From Dehalococcoidia bacterium UBA7891 (lineage in GTDB: Bacteria; Chloroflexota; Dehalococcoidia; Lucifugimonadales; UBA826), in contig DLRJ01000062.1 in NCBI GenBank assembly GCA_002500485.1, forward strand, positions 577-64,576: a stretch of DNA of 64,000 bases, read 5' to 3'. The notes beneath the pieces are model-generated. The model ran no database searches, was not told where the DNA came from, and worked only from the letters and a program-made list of their open reading frames with translations. Positions 1 through 9,155 of the stretch are shown here, piece after piece (within the stretch, counting starts at the first letter, position 1; the number at the start of each line of letters is the position of its first letter). Both the position numbers and the translations under genes were made by a program.

Positions 1-930
1 GTTTTAAACGACGGTTCTGAAGACGATACTGCTGAAATAGTTAGTCAATTCCTTGCATCGGATCTTGAAATTCAATTGATTGATGGAGAACCAATCCCAA
101 AGGGTTGGTTAGGGAAGAACTGGGCTTGTCATCAATTGATGTTGAAAGCCGACGGCAACTATATTTTGTTTATCGATGCGGATACCGTTTTGCACGAAGA
201 CACCATCAAAGCAGCCCTTAATGAAGCGATACTTGAAAAATCGGATTTATTGACAATGATCCCCGCCAGATGTGCAAACAATTTTATTGAAAGAAACCTC
301 TACGGGTTTATAGATTGGGCCATTTATGCCTGGTTGCCATTACAGTTGGCACACTTGTCGAAAAACTCATATCTTTCAGCTAGCTACGGGCAGTTTATGT
401 TATTCAAGCGAGAATCTTATATTTTGAGTGGAGGACATAGGAAAATTAAAGACATCGCCGTTGATGATTTCGGGCTTGGGCGTTTAATTAAAAGTTCTGG
501 TCTGAAGTGGGCATTGAAAGACGGGACCAATATGGTCACTTCGCTACCTTACGATGACATATTGGAGACTGTGAATGGTGTTTCTCGAAGCTTGGCTCCT
601 GCGCTGAATTATCGTATCAGTTTGATTTTATTGATATCAATTTTCTTAATGGGATTATTTTTCGCACCAGTTCTTAATCTATATTTCTACGTTGCCAATG
701 GTGGTCAGTTCGAATTTTTCGAGCTCTTGTCTTTGGTAACAATATTTCTGTTACTTGGATCATATCTCTTATCTTGCAAGAGATTTTCTCATAGTCTTTT
801 TATTGTTGTTTTCATTCATATCACAGTCATATTTATGATACTTATTGCATATCATTCATTGTTATCAAATTTATTACGAGTTGCTACTTGGAAAGATAGA
901 AATATGGTGATTAAAAAGTTAAAAATTTAA
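1..930 (+). CDS. Glycosyltransferase family 2 with hydrophobic C-terminal membrane region (5' end cut by window edge)
   Basis: Frame 1 is open from nt 1 (VLNDGSEDDTAEIV...), so the tracked ORF 76..930 only begins at the first in-frame TTG. GT2-like motifs are LNDGSED, GKNWA and FIDADT. The last ~100 aa are hydrophobic. Confidence 0.75.
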   Translation, partial: VLNDGSEDDTAEIVSQFLASDLEIQLIDGEPIPKGWLGKNWACHQLMLKADGNYILFIDADTVLHEDTIKAALNEAILEKSDLLTMIPARCANNFIERNLYGFIDWAIYAWLPLQLAHLSKNSYLSASYGQFMLFKRESYILSGGHRKIKDIAVDDFGLGRLIKSSGLKWALKDGTNMVTSLPYDDILETVNGVSRSLAPALNYRISLILLISIFLMGLFFAPVLNLYFYVANGGQFEFFELLSLVTIFLLLGSYLLSCKRFSHSLFIVVFIHITVIFMILIAYHSLLSNLLRVATWKDRNMVIKKLKI

Positions 931-1135
931 CAAAATATTCACAAAATATGAGCTCAATAACACATAAATCCCCAGGTATTTATGTATAGTGGTACCTAGT
1001 ATGTTTAATAATGGAAAATATCACCACGCGATAGATAGATATCGAACAGTGACTCAAGTTTATTTTACTGTTAATAACTGTTCTTGTATGAAGTAACAAG
1101 GGGTATTTGCCTAGTCGCTTTTTGGCGAAATTTAA

Positions 1136-1168
1136 CCCCCGCCCTGATCCATAGGACGGGGGTTTTTT
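1136..1168 (+). terminator. Rho-independent terminator-like hairpin plus T6
   Basis: CCCCCG(1136-1141) pairs with CGGGGG(1157-1162), with an inner CCT/AGG pairing. It is followed directly by TTTTTT (1163-1168). Confidence 0.6.
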
Positions 1169-1192
1169 ATTGAATGCAAAGGAGAATTGGAT

Positions 1193-2053
1193 ATGGCTAT
1201 CAATGGGCTGGCTCATGCCCCAGATGTGCTCAAGAGAGTGAGAAAAGAAAAGGGACTTACCCAAAAAGCTGTGGCTGCTCTTGTGGGAGTTAATCAAAGC
1301 GTAATATCAAGGATTGAGGCCGGTGAAATAGGCGCAAGCAATCGAATAGCTGAAGGGTTAGAAGAAGCATATGGTATGCCTATTATAGATGCCCTTTTAT
1401 ATAGAAAAAGCTGGACGGGTGAACCAGAAGACGTAACAGAAATTAAACAGCTTATTGATCGATACCAAACTGTCTTAAGTGATTCTGGTATAAAAGCTAT
1501 AAAAGCTTATGTGGAGCATATGATAGGTTTGTCTAATGGCCCTGATTTTTTGCCAGGAGGGTCAGCTATACCAATAAAAAGTCTGTGGGGTGGCGACTGG
1601 ACCTGGGGTCCGCGGGAGTTGGAAAGACATATCACTGTTGAATGTGCACCTGTAATGACATGGAACAGAATATCGATTCATCGTTCCCACCCTATTAAAG
1701 TAAAGGGGGAACTAGTTTTTAAAGGAGAGATTTATGTCGAAGGGCATGGAGCTTCTGGCACCCCGTTATTTTCCTTCTTCCTAGACCAAATGAAAGAGGG
1801 TGGAGTATTTACAGGAGAAGATTTCGAATCAGTCGATGTCTTTACTTCTTACTTCCAGAATGTCATTGCTGTTCGAGTTGCTCTGCCAGGCATTGTGGAG
1901 AGAAGTGTTTCGGTTTTAATGAGCGGTGATCTTAAGTACGATGAGTACGGTTTGAAGGATTATTATTATTTAGATGCAGTGGTAAGAAGCTATCTTCAGA
2001 CGAAAGGAGAGCTCGACCACTCAAGCTTTCACCCCGACGGGTTAGGACAGTAA
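1193..2053 (+). CDS. XRE-family helix-turn-helix protein with uncharacterised ~220-aa C-terminal domain
   Basis: N-terminus LKRVRKEKGLTQKAVAALVGVNQSVISRIEAGE is a classic Cro/C1 HTH. ATG 1193 is preferred over TTG 1187 because GGAGA lies at 1181-1185. I do not recognise the C-terminal part. Confidence 0.7.
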   Translation: MAINGLAHAPDVLKRVRKEKGLTQKAVAALVGVNQSVISRIEAGEIGASNRIAEGLEEAYGMPIIDALLYRKSWTGEPEDVTEIKQLIDRYQTVLSDSGIKAIKAYVEHMIGLSNGPDFLPGGSAIPIKSLWGGDWTWGPRELERHITVECAPVMTWNRISIHRSHPIKVKGELVFKGEIYVEGHGASGTPLFSFFLDQMKEGGVFTGEDFESVDVFTSYFQNVIAVRVALPGIVERSVSVLMSGDLKYDEYGLKDYYYLDAVVRSYLQTKGELDHSSFHPDGLGQ

Positions 2054-2054
2054 T

Positions 2055-2888
2055 CTAATCCAACTCACCCCGGTATGCTTTGTATGCCATTTCCACTACT
2101 TGAGGTATTCTGTCTTGGTTGGCAAAAACTGAGAATTTTCCGACATTTACATCTTTGGATGCCTGTTCTTCATTTTTCCCATCATCAAAGGCTTTTTTTA
2201 TTTCATTATGCAACAATTTCAAAAGGTCACGGGCTTCTCCAAACTCCTCTTTTCCTCCTACTGGTCCATGTCCGGGAATGAAAGTGGTAGCATCAACAGT
2301 TTCCACCTTGTTTAATACATCCACCCATTTAGAAATATGGCCGTCTGGGAAGGCAGGAATGGTTTTATTTACAGCCAGGTCTCCCACAAACAACACTTTT
2401 TCCTCAGGTAAATATAATAAAATATCACTGTCTGAATGTGCCCGCCCGTGGTAGGACATTCTTATTTCTCGATCCCCTAACCAAATAGACATTTGATCTT
2501 TGAATGTTACATCGGGGAGTGTTTTGTTAATCCGTTCCAACTCTGGTCTTAATGCCTCTCTTGTCCAATACCTAGAAAAATTAGCATCCCATTTTGTGTC
2601 GAGCTCAATTCTGCAATTTTCATGTCCTAGGATTGGAGCGGGTAGAAAATATTGGTTACCATATACGTGGTCTCCATGAAAATGTGTGTTCACAACAAAT
2701 CTAATTGGTTTAGAAGTAACATCTTTCACAACAGTTAGAAGCTTAGACGCTAGCGTGGGTGTCATTAAAGTGTCTATAAGTATTACACCGTCATCGCCAA
2801 CGATGAATCCAGCATTAGTTGCACAGTTTTCGTTTATCCATGCGTACACCCCGTCTGCTACCTCTATTACACCTGATTCGTAATCCAT
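2055..2888 (-). CDS. MBL-fold metallo-hydrolase
   Basis: HxHxDH motif (NTHFHGDHVYGN). RBS GGGAGAGAG lies upstream of the ATG. A 9-nt gap to the upstream CoA-transferase gene suggests one operon. Confidence 0.8.
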   Translation of the reverse strand: MDYESGVIEVADGVYAWINENCATNAGFIVGDDGVILIDTLMTPTLASKLLTVVKDVTSKPIRFVVNTHFHGDHVYGNQYFLPAPILGHENCRIELDTKWDANFSRYWTREALRPELERINKTLPDVTFKDQMSIWLGDREIRMSYHGRAHSDSDILLYLPEEKVLFVGDLAVNKTIPAFPDGHISKWVDVLNKVETVDATTFIPGHGPVGGKEEFGEARDLLKLLHNEIKKAFDDGKNEEQASKDVNVGKFSVFANQDRIPQVVEMAYKAYRGELD

Positions 2889-2897
2889 ACTCTCTCC

Positions 2898-4136
2898 CTA
2901 AATTATGGTTCCTTGATCTTGGAAATTTGCAATATCTTCCCATGTATACCCGAGTGTTTCAGTTAATATTTCTTCAGTATGTTGCCCCAATTCCGGGGCA
3001 GGCAATTTTGTCTCTATTGGAGTCTCGCTATACTGAAACGGAGTTTGAAGATATTTTACTGGACCTAAGGCTGGATGTTCAAAATTTATGATGTAATTAT
3101 TCTGTACGACTTGGGGATCTTCTGGAAGATCCCATATTGACTGAACTTTTTCCCATATTATTCCTTCAGTTGAATCCATCCTTTGAATCCAATATGCCCT
3201 TGGTTTGGATATGAACACATCGTCTAGCTTCGCAATTAATTCGACCCTATTTTCAGTTCTAACTCCCATATTGCGGTATCGTTCATCTTCGTTCAAATCG
3301 GGTCTTTCAATTGCTTCACAAAATGATGGCCAGTATCTATCACTTTGGTTCATAGCAAATGCGATCCAGTCATCATCGGCACATTTGTAACAGTTCCACA
3401 GAGGGTTTCTAGCACTCTTTCGTTCTTGGCCTCCTGGTTCGTTCCCAGTTAGTAAGGCCATCCCATAACGGTTGCCTCCCAACCACATCATACTTCCGAG
3501 ATGAGAAACATCAACTTTTTGCCCTTTACCTGTCTCTTTTTGATTAACTAACGCACCCAAAATCCCATTACATAACATGATCCCTGAAATTTGGTCAGCG
3601 ATACTTTGTAAATTATATGGGTTACCATCATTTGGACCGGCCCACCACAAGGAGCCCGATCTGGCCTCACCCGTATAAGCGAATGCGGGTTTATCAGAGT
3701 CAGGCCCGTTTGGACCATATCCAGTGGCTGCACCATATATTAATTTAGGGTTGATCTTAATTAGATCGTCATAACCTAACCCCAATCTTTCAGCTACTCC
3801 TTTTCTGAAATTTTGAACGAATATGTCCGATTCACCTACTAGTTTCCGCATAATCTCTTGACCAGAGGGACTTTTTAAATCTAATGAAAGACTTTTCTTT
3901 TGACGGTTGAGGGATTCGAAATATGCATTCAAGCCTCCAGGGAGTGAGGAGGAGGACCCGCTGACTGTGTGAAATTGTCGTGCATGGTCACCGTCAAGAG
4001 ATTCAACTTTAATAACCTCTGCACCTAGGTCCGCCAACATCATCGAACATACCGGCCCAAACTGCCACATTGTCCAGTCAATTACACGCGTTCCTGATAA
4101 AGGGCCGTGAGGTTTGTTTGAATTTGCCATATCCAT
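2898..4136 (-). CDS. Family III CoA-transferase (CaiB/BaiF type)
   Basis: N-terminal GPLSGTRVIDWT..GPVCSMMLADLGAEVIKVE. Catalytic-Asp context SIADQISG. C-terminal PAPELGQHTEEIL. Confidence 0.85.
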   Translation of the reverse strand: MDMANSNKPHGPLSGTRVIDWTMWQFGPVCSMMLADLGAEVIKVESLDGDHARQFHTVSGSSSSLPGGLNAYFESLNRQKKSLSLDLKSPSGQEIMRKLVGESDIFVQNFRKGVAERLGLGYDDLIKINPKLIYGAATGYGPNGPDSDKPAFAYTGEARSGSLWWAGPNDGNPYNLQSIADQISGIMLCNGILGALVNQKETGKGQKVDVSHLGSMMWLGGNRYGMALLTGNEPGGQERKSARNPLWNCYKCADDDWIAFAMNQSDRYWPSFCEAIERPDLNEDERYRNMGVRTENRVELIAKLDDVFISKPRAYWIQRMDSTEGIIWEKVQSIWDLPEDPQVVQNNYIINFEHPALGPVKYLQTPFQYSETPIETKLPAPELGQHTEEILTETLGYTWEDIANFQDQGTII

Positions 4137-4291
4137 TTGTACCTATGTTTATTCAGGGTTTGGAATATTTAAGCAGTAGTATGCCTGGCGGAGTCTATTG
4201 GGTATGTGTTTCGCAGTCAAATTGTATTTCCTGATGGAGCAGAAAAAATTATTACTTTCTATTAAAATGGTCAATATAGTTGGAGGAATTA

Positions 4292-5332
4292 ATGGTTAAA
4301 TCGGTTTTAACGGTCATTGGGGAAAATATTCATACAACCCGTGTCTTACGCACCAACGGTAAAAGGGTCATCAGAAAAGAAAATGGAGATGAATATGTCA
4401 TTTATAAGAACATAGATGGCATCACTTCCTTTATGCCGATACCTGATTCTTTCAGAGACACTCAAGTTTACAAGCAAGGAAACGTAAAGCATTTCATGAT
4501 AGCCGTAACTCTTGGTATGTCTAATTCAGATGAAGATAGGATTCATGGCGAGAGCTACATCTCAGCAGAAATAAAACGTCAAGAAGATAGAGGTAGTAAT
4601 TTTCTAGATTTAAATGTTGACGAGATCTCTTACAAAATTGATATTCAAAAAAGGGCGATGGCATGGTTAATTGGCCACTATTCGTCAGTCGCAAAATTAC
4701 CGCCATGTATAGATTCTTCTAGTGTCGAAATAATTCAGCACGGCTTAGAATGTTATCGGAGTGTTGGTTCACCGCAAGGTCCCCCTATGATAAATTCAGC
4801 TTCATTAGAAAGGATTTCAGTTTTAGATCTTGTTACTGAAAATAATGCGACAGCGATTGTAACGGCGAGTGGTATCGATTCTATGCCTAGTGAAATCTCA
4901 GACCGCATATCCAATGTGTCCCAGATGATAAAACAATGTTTGGAAAGAGAAATCCCCCTATCACGAATCTACTTGGATGCTCTGGTATTCCCTATAGCCG
5001 TAGATCAGAACTTCGGCAATCATTATCTTGGAGCAGTTGGCCAAATCCGCGAACGATTTGGAGAGAAAATTCATATAACTGGAGGATTGAGTAACGTCTC
5101 TTTTGGGCTTCCATCGAGAAAATTAATTAATGACACTTTCATTAGACTTTCGATTGAGTCGGGGGTAGATGCAGCTATATTGAATCCTGTTGAAAGTGAT
5201 GTGGAAAGAATATTCGCCCTAGATATGGAATCTGAACGGGTACAAACCACAATTAATATGCTTTTAGGCAAAGATGAATATTGCACGAATTTTCTTAGTA
5301 AGTATAGGTCGGGTAAACTCACCGAGATTTAG
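4292..5332 (+). CDS. Pterin-binding (DHPS-like) domain protein, methyl-THF:corrinoid methyltransferase-like
   Basis: Motifs GENIHTTR, LDLNVDE and ITGGLSNVSFGLP are typical of the MetH/AcsE/MtrH pterin-binding barrel. ATG 4292 follows GGAGG at 4282-4286. Confidence 0.6.
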   Translation: MVKSVLTVIGENIHTTRVLRTNGKRVIRKENGDEYVIYKNIDGITSFMPIPDSFRDTQVYKQGNVKHFMIAVTLGMSNSDEDRIHGESYISAEIKRQEDRGSNFLDLNVDEISYKIDIQKRAMAWLIGHYSSVAKLPPCIDSSSVEIIQHGLECYRSVGSPQGPPMINSASLERISVLDLVTENNATAIVTASGIDSMPSEISDRISNVSQMIKQCLEREIPLSRIYLDALVFPIAVDQNFGNHYLGAVGQIRERFGEKIHITGGLSNVSFGLPSRKLINDTFIRLSIESGVDAAILNPVESDVERIFALDMESERVQTTINMLLGKDEYCTNFLSKYRSGKLTEI

Positions 5333-5383
5333 TATTGGTTCAAGTCGTTTTTGCGTGCCTGCATATAAAAATATATATGGCTT

Positions 5384-5411
5384 TTGACATGCGCAACCCG
5401 CTTGGTATACT
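5384..5411 (+). promoter_or_regulatory. Candidate sigma70-type promoter for the DUF1800 operon
   Basis: TTGACA (5384-5389), a 16-nt spacer, then TATACT (5406-5411), about 60 nt upstream of ATG 5471. Confidence 0.35.
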
Positions 5412-5470
5412 CATGCCAATAAAAAACTCACATTTCAAGAAAACACACTGAGATCGGGGGAGGCAAAAAT

Positions 5471-6919
5471 ATGACAACAGTTCATTCTAGGCAAGAGGCA
5501 TTGTTAATGGCTCACCTTCTGAGAAGGGCTGGATTTGGAGCAACTCCATATGAAATGGATCGGGCTCTTAGCATGGGATATCAAGCTGTTCTTGATGATT
5601 TGTTGAACCCGGACCACCCCGATGTCATACCGGATGATTTGATAAGGAGATACCACGTTGACCAGTCTGACTTACGCAGTGGCGGAGGTGCGCATTGGGT
5701 ATATAGGCTAGTCATGACTGATACTCCATTGCGAGAAAAAATTTGTCTTTTTTGGCATAGGGTGTTTGCCACTGGTACAACCAAACTCATTCAAAACAGA
5801 GTCGTTACAAATCAGATAGATATGTTTAGAGAACATGGAATGGGGCGGTTCGATGATCTTCTTGTAGAACTGTCTAGAGACCCAGCAATGATTATGTGGT
5901 TGGACAATCAGGACAACCACGGGTCCAATATTAATGAAAACTACGGTAGGGAAATTTTAGAATTATTCTCAATGGGAGTTGGCAACTACTCTGAAGATGA
6001 TATAAAAGAGACTGCGAGAGCCTTCACAGGATGGAGAGTTGTTAACCCCGATTATATGTCCATCAGAATGCGAAATAATACAGCTAGACCCTACGGATAC
6101 ATGTCCTGGCAATTTGAATACGATGACGATGATCATGACGATGGAGAAAAGATAATTCTGGGTCAAAAAGGAAAATGGAACGGGGAAGATGCTGTCAGAA
6201 TAATTTGCGAACAGGATGCGACGGCTAGATTTGTAGCTCGGCATCTATATCATTTTTTCGTTGCTGACGAATTGCCTGTGCCACAGTGGCCGCATGAAGA
6301 GCCAAGAGATCCAGAAGCTATCGATGTTTTATGTAAATCTTATTTTGAAAACAACCATGATATCGGAGCAATGCTGAGAACCTTATTTGAATCTGATTTT
6401 TTCAAAGATGCTGGGTCAAGATACGCTCGAATAAAGAGCCCTTCGGAGATGGTCATAGGCACAATGCGTTTGGCTGGTCCAATTGATCTTCCTTCTGAGG
6501 AAACTTACATGGCGGATGCTGCATGCGCCAACATGGGACAGGCATTGATGCGTCCACCAAGTGTGGAGGGATGGCAAGGGGGAACTGAATGGATTAATAC
6601 CGGTGCCTATGTCGAAAGGGTCAATTTCGCTGGGCGTATTTTGAATGATTCTGACAAGCAAGGTGTTCGCGATATCATAGATCGAATAAAGGCATTGTCG
6701 GACCGACAAACCATTACATCAGATGAACTAGTTGATAATTGCCTAGAGGTTTTAGGGCCTTTGGAGGTACTTGATACAACTCGTCACGGTTTAAAAAACT
6801 ACGCTTCTAAATTTGGTGATTTGAAATGGTCAGATCAGTCTCTAAGTAGTGAATTTGATCGTGCGGCTGTTGCTATTATTCAACTCGTTGTATCAAGTCA
6901 AGAATATCAAACTATTTAA
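5471..6919 (+). CDS. DUF1800-family protein (no signal peptide)
   Basis: N-terminal HLLRRAGFGATP. Motifs NENYGREILELFSMGVG..Y.E.DI.E.ARAFTGW and PPSVEGW are typical of DUF1800. RBS GGGGGAGG. Confidence 0.75.
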   Translation: MTTVHSRQEALLMAHLLRRAGFGATPYEMDRALSMGYQAVLDDLLNPDHPDVIPDDLIRRYHVDQSDLRSGGGAHWVYRLVMTDTPLREKICLFWHRVFATGTTKLIQNRVVTNQIDMFREHGMGRFDDLLVELSRDPAMIMWLDNQDNHGSNINENYGREILELFSMGVGNYSEDDIKETARAFTGWRVVNPDYMSIRMRNNTARPYGYMSWQFEYDDDDHDDGEKIILGQKGKWNGEDAVRIICEQDATARFVARHLYHFFVADELPVPQWPHEEPRDPEAIDVLCKSYFENNHDIGAMLRTLFESDFFKDAGSRYARIKSPSEMVIGTMRLAGPIDLPSEETYMADAACANMGQALMRPPSVEGWQGGTEWINTGAYVERVNFAGRILNDSDKQGVRDIIDRIKALSDRQTITSDELVDNCLEVLGPLEVLDTTRHGLKNYASKFGDLKWSDQSLSSEFDRAAVAIIQLVVSSQEYQTI

Positions 6920-6937
6920 GGTATTGAGAGGAAAAAC

Positions 6938-7936
6938 ATGACTACAACTACCTTTGGATTGAAATATGTGACTAATGTTGGATTCGCTGCCGATTTCGGA
7001 GGCAGAGGTTTTCAACTACCTTCATCAATGGCGATAAGAGCCGATGGGGTCATATTTGTTGTCAGTCGAGGAAAATCCTCTACCAAAAACTCCAATGGTA
7101 TACAGATGGTTACTAAGAACCACGACTTCCTAGGCCAGATCGGTACTTATGGAGCTGGCCTAGGAGGAATGATGTGGCCAACTTCTGTGGTTCTCGATAG
7201 TGATGAAAATCTGTATCTTGCGGACGAATATTTTAATAAAGTGACCAAATATGATCGTGAAGGTAACCCACTCACAGAATGGGGAACTAAAGGTTCTGGT
7301 AACGGACAATTTAATCAACCGAGTGGGTTATTGATTCAGGATCAACTGATATATTTGGTTGATTCAAGAAACAACAGAATTCAAATGTACAGCTTGGATG
7401 GAGACTTCCAAGGTCAGTGGGGCTCAGAAGGTGATGGGGAAGGAGAATTCAATATACCCTGGGGTATATCTGACGACTCTGAGGGTAATATTTATGTCGC
7501 TGACTGGCGTAACGACCGAATTCAAAAATTCGATTCAAATGGGAATTACATATCTGCTATTGGGGAGGGGGATACCTCTGTTCTAGATCGACCTTCTGAT
7601 GTTGCCGTGGATCCAGATGGGAATATTTATGTCACAGATTGGGGCAGTCAGCGTCTATTGGTTTTAGACCAATCGGGCAGCATTTTGGAAACTAAAAGAG
7701 GTGAAGCTGATTTAAATCCGTGGTCAATGGAATATTTGTCCTCCCAAGACGATGAAAGGAAAGCAAGAGAATCATTTATTCCAGTCTACAAAGCTGATAC
7801 CGAGGATCCTTCTGAGGTGTCTGCCAGAATGGAACCCTATTTCTGGGATCCTGTTGCAGTAGAACTGGACCAAGATGGAACGGTGTATGTACTTGAGACC
7901 GGTAGGCACCGATTTCAAATTTTCGAAAGAATTTAA
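6938..7936 (+). CDS. NHL-repeat beta-propeller protein
   Basis: Repeated units of the type G.G.G.FN.P.G...D..G.IYV.D..N.RIQ.F occur about 5-6 times. RBS GAGAGGAAAA. Confidence 0.8.
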   Translation: MTTTTFGLKYVTNVGFAADFGGRGFQLPSSMAIRADGVIFVVSRGKSSTKNSNGIQMVTKNHDFLGQIGTYGAGLGGMMWPTSVVLDSDENLYLADEYFNKVTKYDREGNPLTEWGTKGSGNGQFNQPSGLLIQDQLIYLVDSRNNRIQMYSLDGDFQGQWGSEGDGEGEFNIPWGISDDSEGNIYVADWRNDRIQKFDSNGNYISAIGEGDTSVLDRPSDVAVDPDGNIYVTDWGSQRLLVLDQSGSILETKRGEADLNPWSMEYLSSQDDERKARESFIPVYKADTEDPSEVSARMEPYFWDPVAVELDQDGTVYVLETGRHRFQIFERI

Positions 7937-7975
7937 TAGAATGGTCAACATACATATAGGGAAGAGGAGAACAAT

Positions 7976-9097
7976 ATGGGTGAAAAAAAAATAGTCGTTG
8001 TCCAGTTATCGGGAGGTAACGATTACCTTAATTGTGTGATTCCATATGACAATCCACATTATGTGGACAATCGTCCCAATGTGCGGATAACAGAGGATAG
8101 GGTGATACCAATAGGAGATGGCTTAGGCTTTAACCCGGTTATGAGCCTTATTAAGGATTTGTATGATCAAGGTAAAGTTGCGGTGATTCACGGGGTGGGA
8201 TATCCCGAGCCAAACAGATCTCACTTTAGGTCTATGGATATTTGGCACACCGCAGAACCAACCAAAGTTGGTAATGAAGGCTGGTTAGGGAATGCTATAA
8301 ACCAAATGTATCCAAAGCATGACAATGTGGTTGCAGCCGTTAATTTCGGTGCTGGACTACCACGGGCACTGGTATCCCATGGAGCCCCTGTGGCATCGGT
8401 GACAGATTTGAACACTTATGGCCTTATGAACCATGTCAGTGAGCTAGACCAACGAAATGAGGCCCTTCAGGCATTTAAAGACATGTACTCGCAAGCAATT
8501 GGGAGTGGTCCGGTTATGGACTACCTAAGCCAGACGGGCCTTGATGCTTTGAAAGGTGCAGAGATAATAGGTGGTGTGACCGATAAGTACTCCTCAGATG
8601 TTGAATACGCTGAAAATTCGTTTGCAAAATCAATGAAAGGAGCAGCCCAAATTTTACAGGCTGATATTGGCACTAGGATTTGCTATACCCAGCATGGTAG
8701 CTTCGACGCCCACACGAATGGGATTGCCCTTCAAGAAGGTTTATTGACCGATGTGTCTGGTGGAATATACGATTTTTATGACGATATGAAGAGGGCAAAT
8801 AAAAGTGACGATGTAATTATGTTTGTTTTCACAGAATTTGGAAGAAGGGTCAAAGACAATGGCAATGGTACAGATCATGGGTCTGGAGGTGTTGCGTTTG
8901 TCATTGGGGATCAGGTAGACGGAGGTCAGTACAGTGAATACCCTTCCCTCGCCGCTGACCAACTCCTGGAAGGCGATTTGAGATTTAATTTGGACTTTCG
9001 GAGCGTATATACGGAGATTTTAGAAGATTGGTTGGAAATTGATGCTAGTTCAGTGGTTAAAGGCGAATATGAGAAGGTCGGATTTCTAAAAAACTAG
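7976..9097 (+). CDS. DUF1501-family protein (sulfatase/alkaline-phosphatase-like fold; no Tat or Sec signal)
   Basis: Motifs VVQLSGGNDYLN, GYPEPNRSHFRSMDIWHT and TEFGRRVKDNGNGTDHGSGG. The protein starts directly in the core domain. Confidence 0.8.
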   Translation: MGEKKIVVVQLSGGNDYLNCVIPYDNPHYVDNRPNVRITEDRVIPIGDGLGFNPVMSLIKDLYDQGKVAVIHGVGYPEPNRSHFRSMDIWHTAEPTKVGNEGWLGNAINQMYPKHDNVVAAVNFGAGLPRALVSHGAPVASVTDLNTYGLMNHVSELDQRNEALQAFKDMYSQAIGSGPVMDYLSQTGLDALKGAEIIGGVTDKYSSDVEYAENSFAKSMKGAAQILQADIGTRICYTQHGSFDAHTNGIALQEGLLTDVSGGIYDFYDDMKRANKSDDVIMFVFTEFGRRVKDNGNGTDHGSGGVAFVIGDQVDGGQYSEYPSLAADQLLEGDLRFNLDFRSVYTEILEDWLEIDASSVVKGEYEKVGFLKN

Positions 9098-9117
9098 ATA
9101 ATCCCACATCAGGCAAA

Positions 9118-9151
9118 AAGCCCGCAGGTTAATTTATTAACCTGCGGGCTT
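9118..9151. terminator. Bidirectional terminator hairpin between convergent genes
   Basis: Perfect 15-bp inverted repeat AAGCCCGCAGGTTAA / TTAACCTGCGGGCTT with loop TTTA. The A5 run on its 5' side reads as a T-tract on the - strand. Confidence 0.7.
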
Positions 9152-9155
9152 CTTG

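Noticed and set aside
980-1297. 105-aa minus-strand ORF spanning the GT2-XRE spacer and the XRE start
   Set aside because: It runs antisense through the terminator hairpin and the XRE HTH coding region. It is Ser/His/Ile-rich and not protein-like, and it has no RBS. It is most likely a chance ORF.
4252-4280. Promoter TTACTT-17-TATAGT upstream of the pterin-binding gene
   Set aside because: The -10 box ends 1 nt before the GGAGG RBS. The predicted TSS would therefore fall inside or after the RBS, which is incompatible with SD-dependent initiation at 4292.
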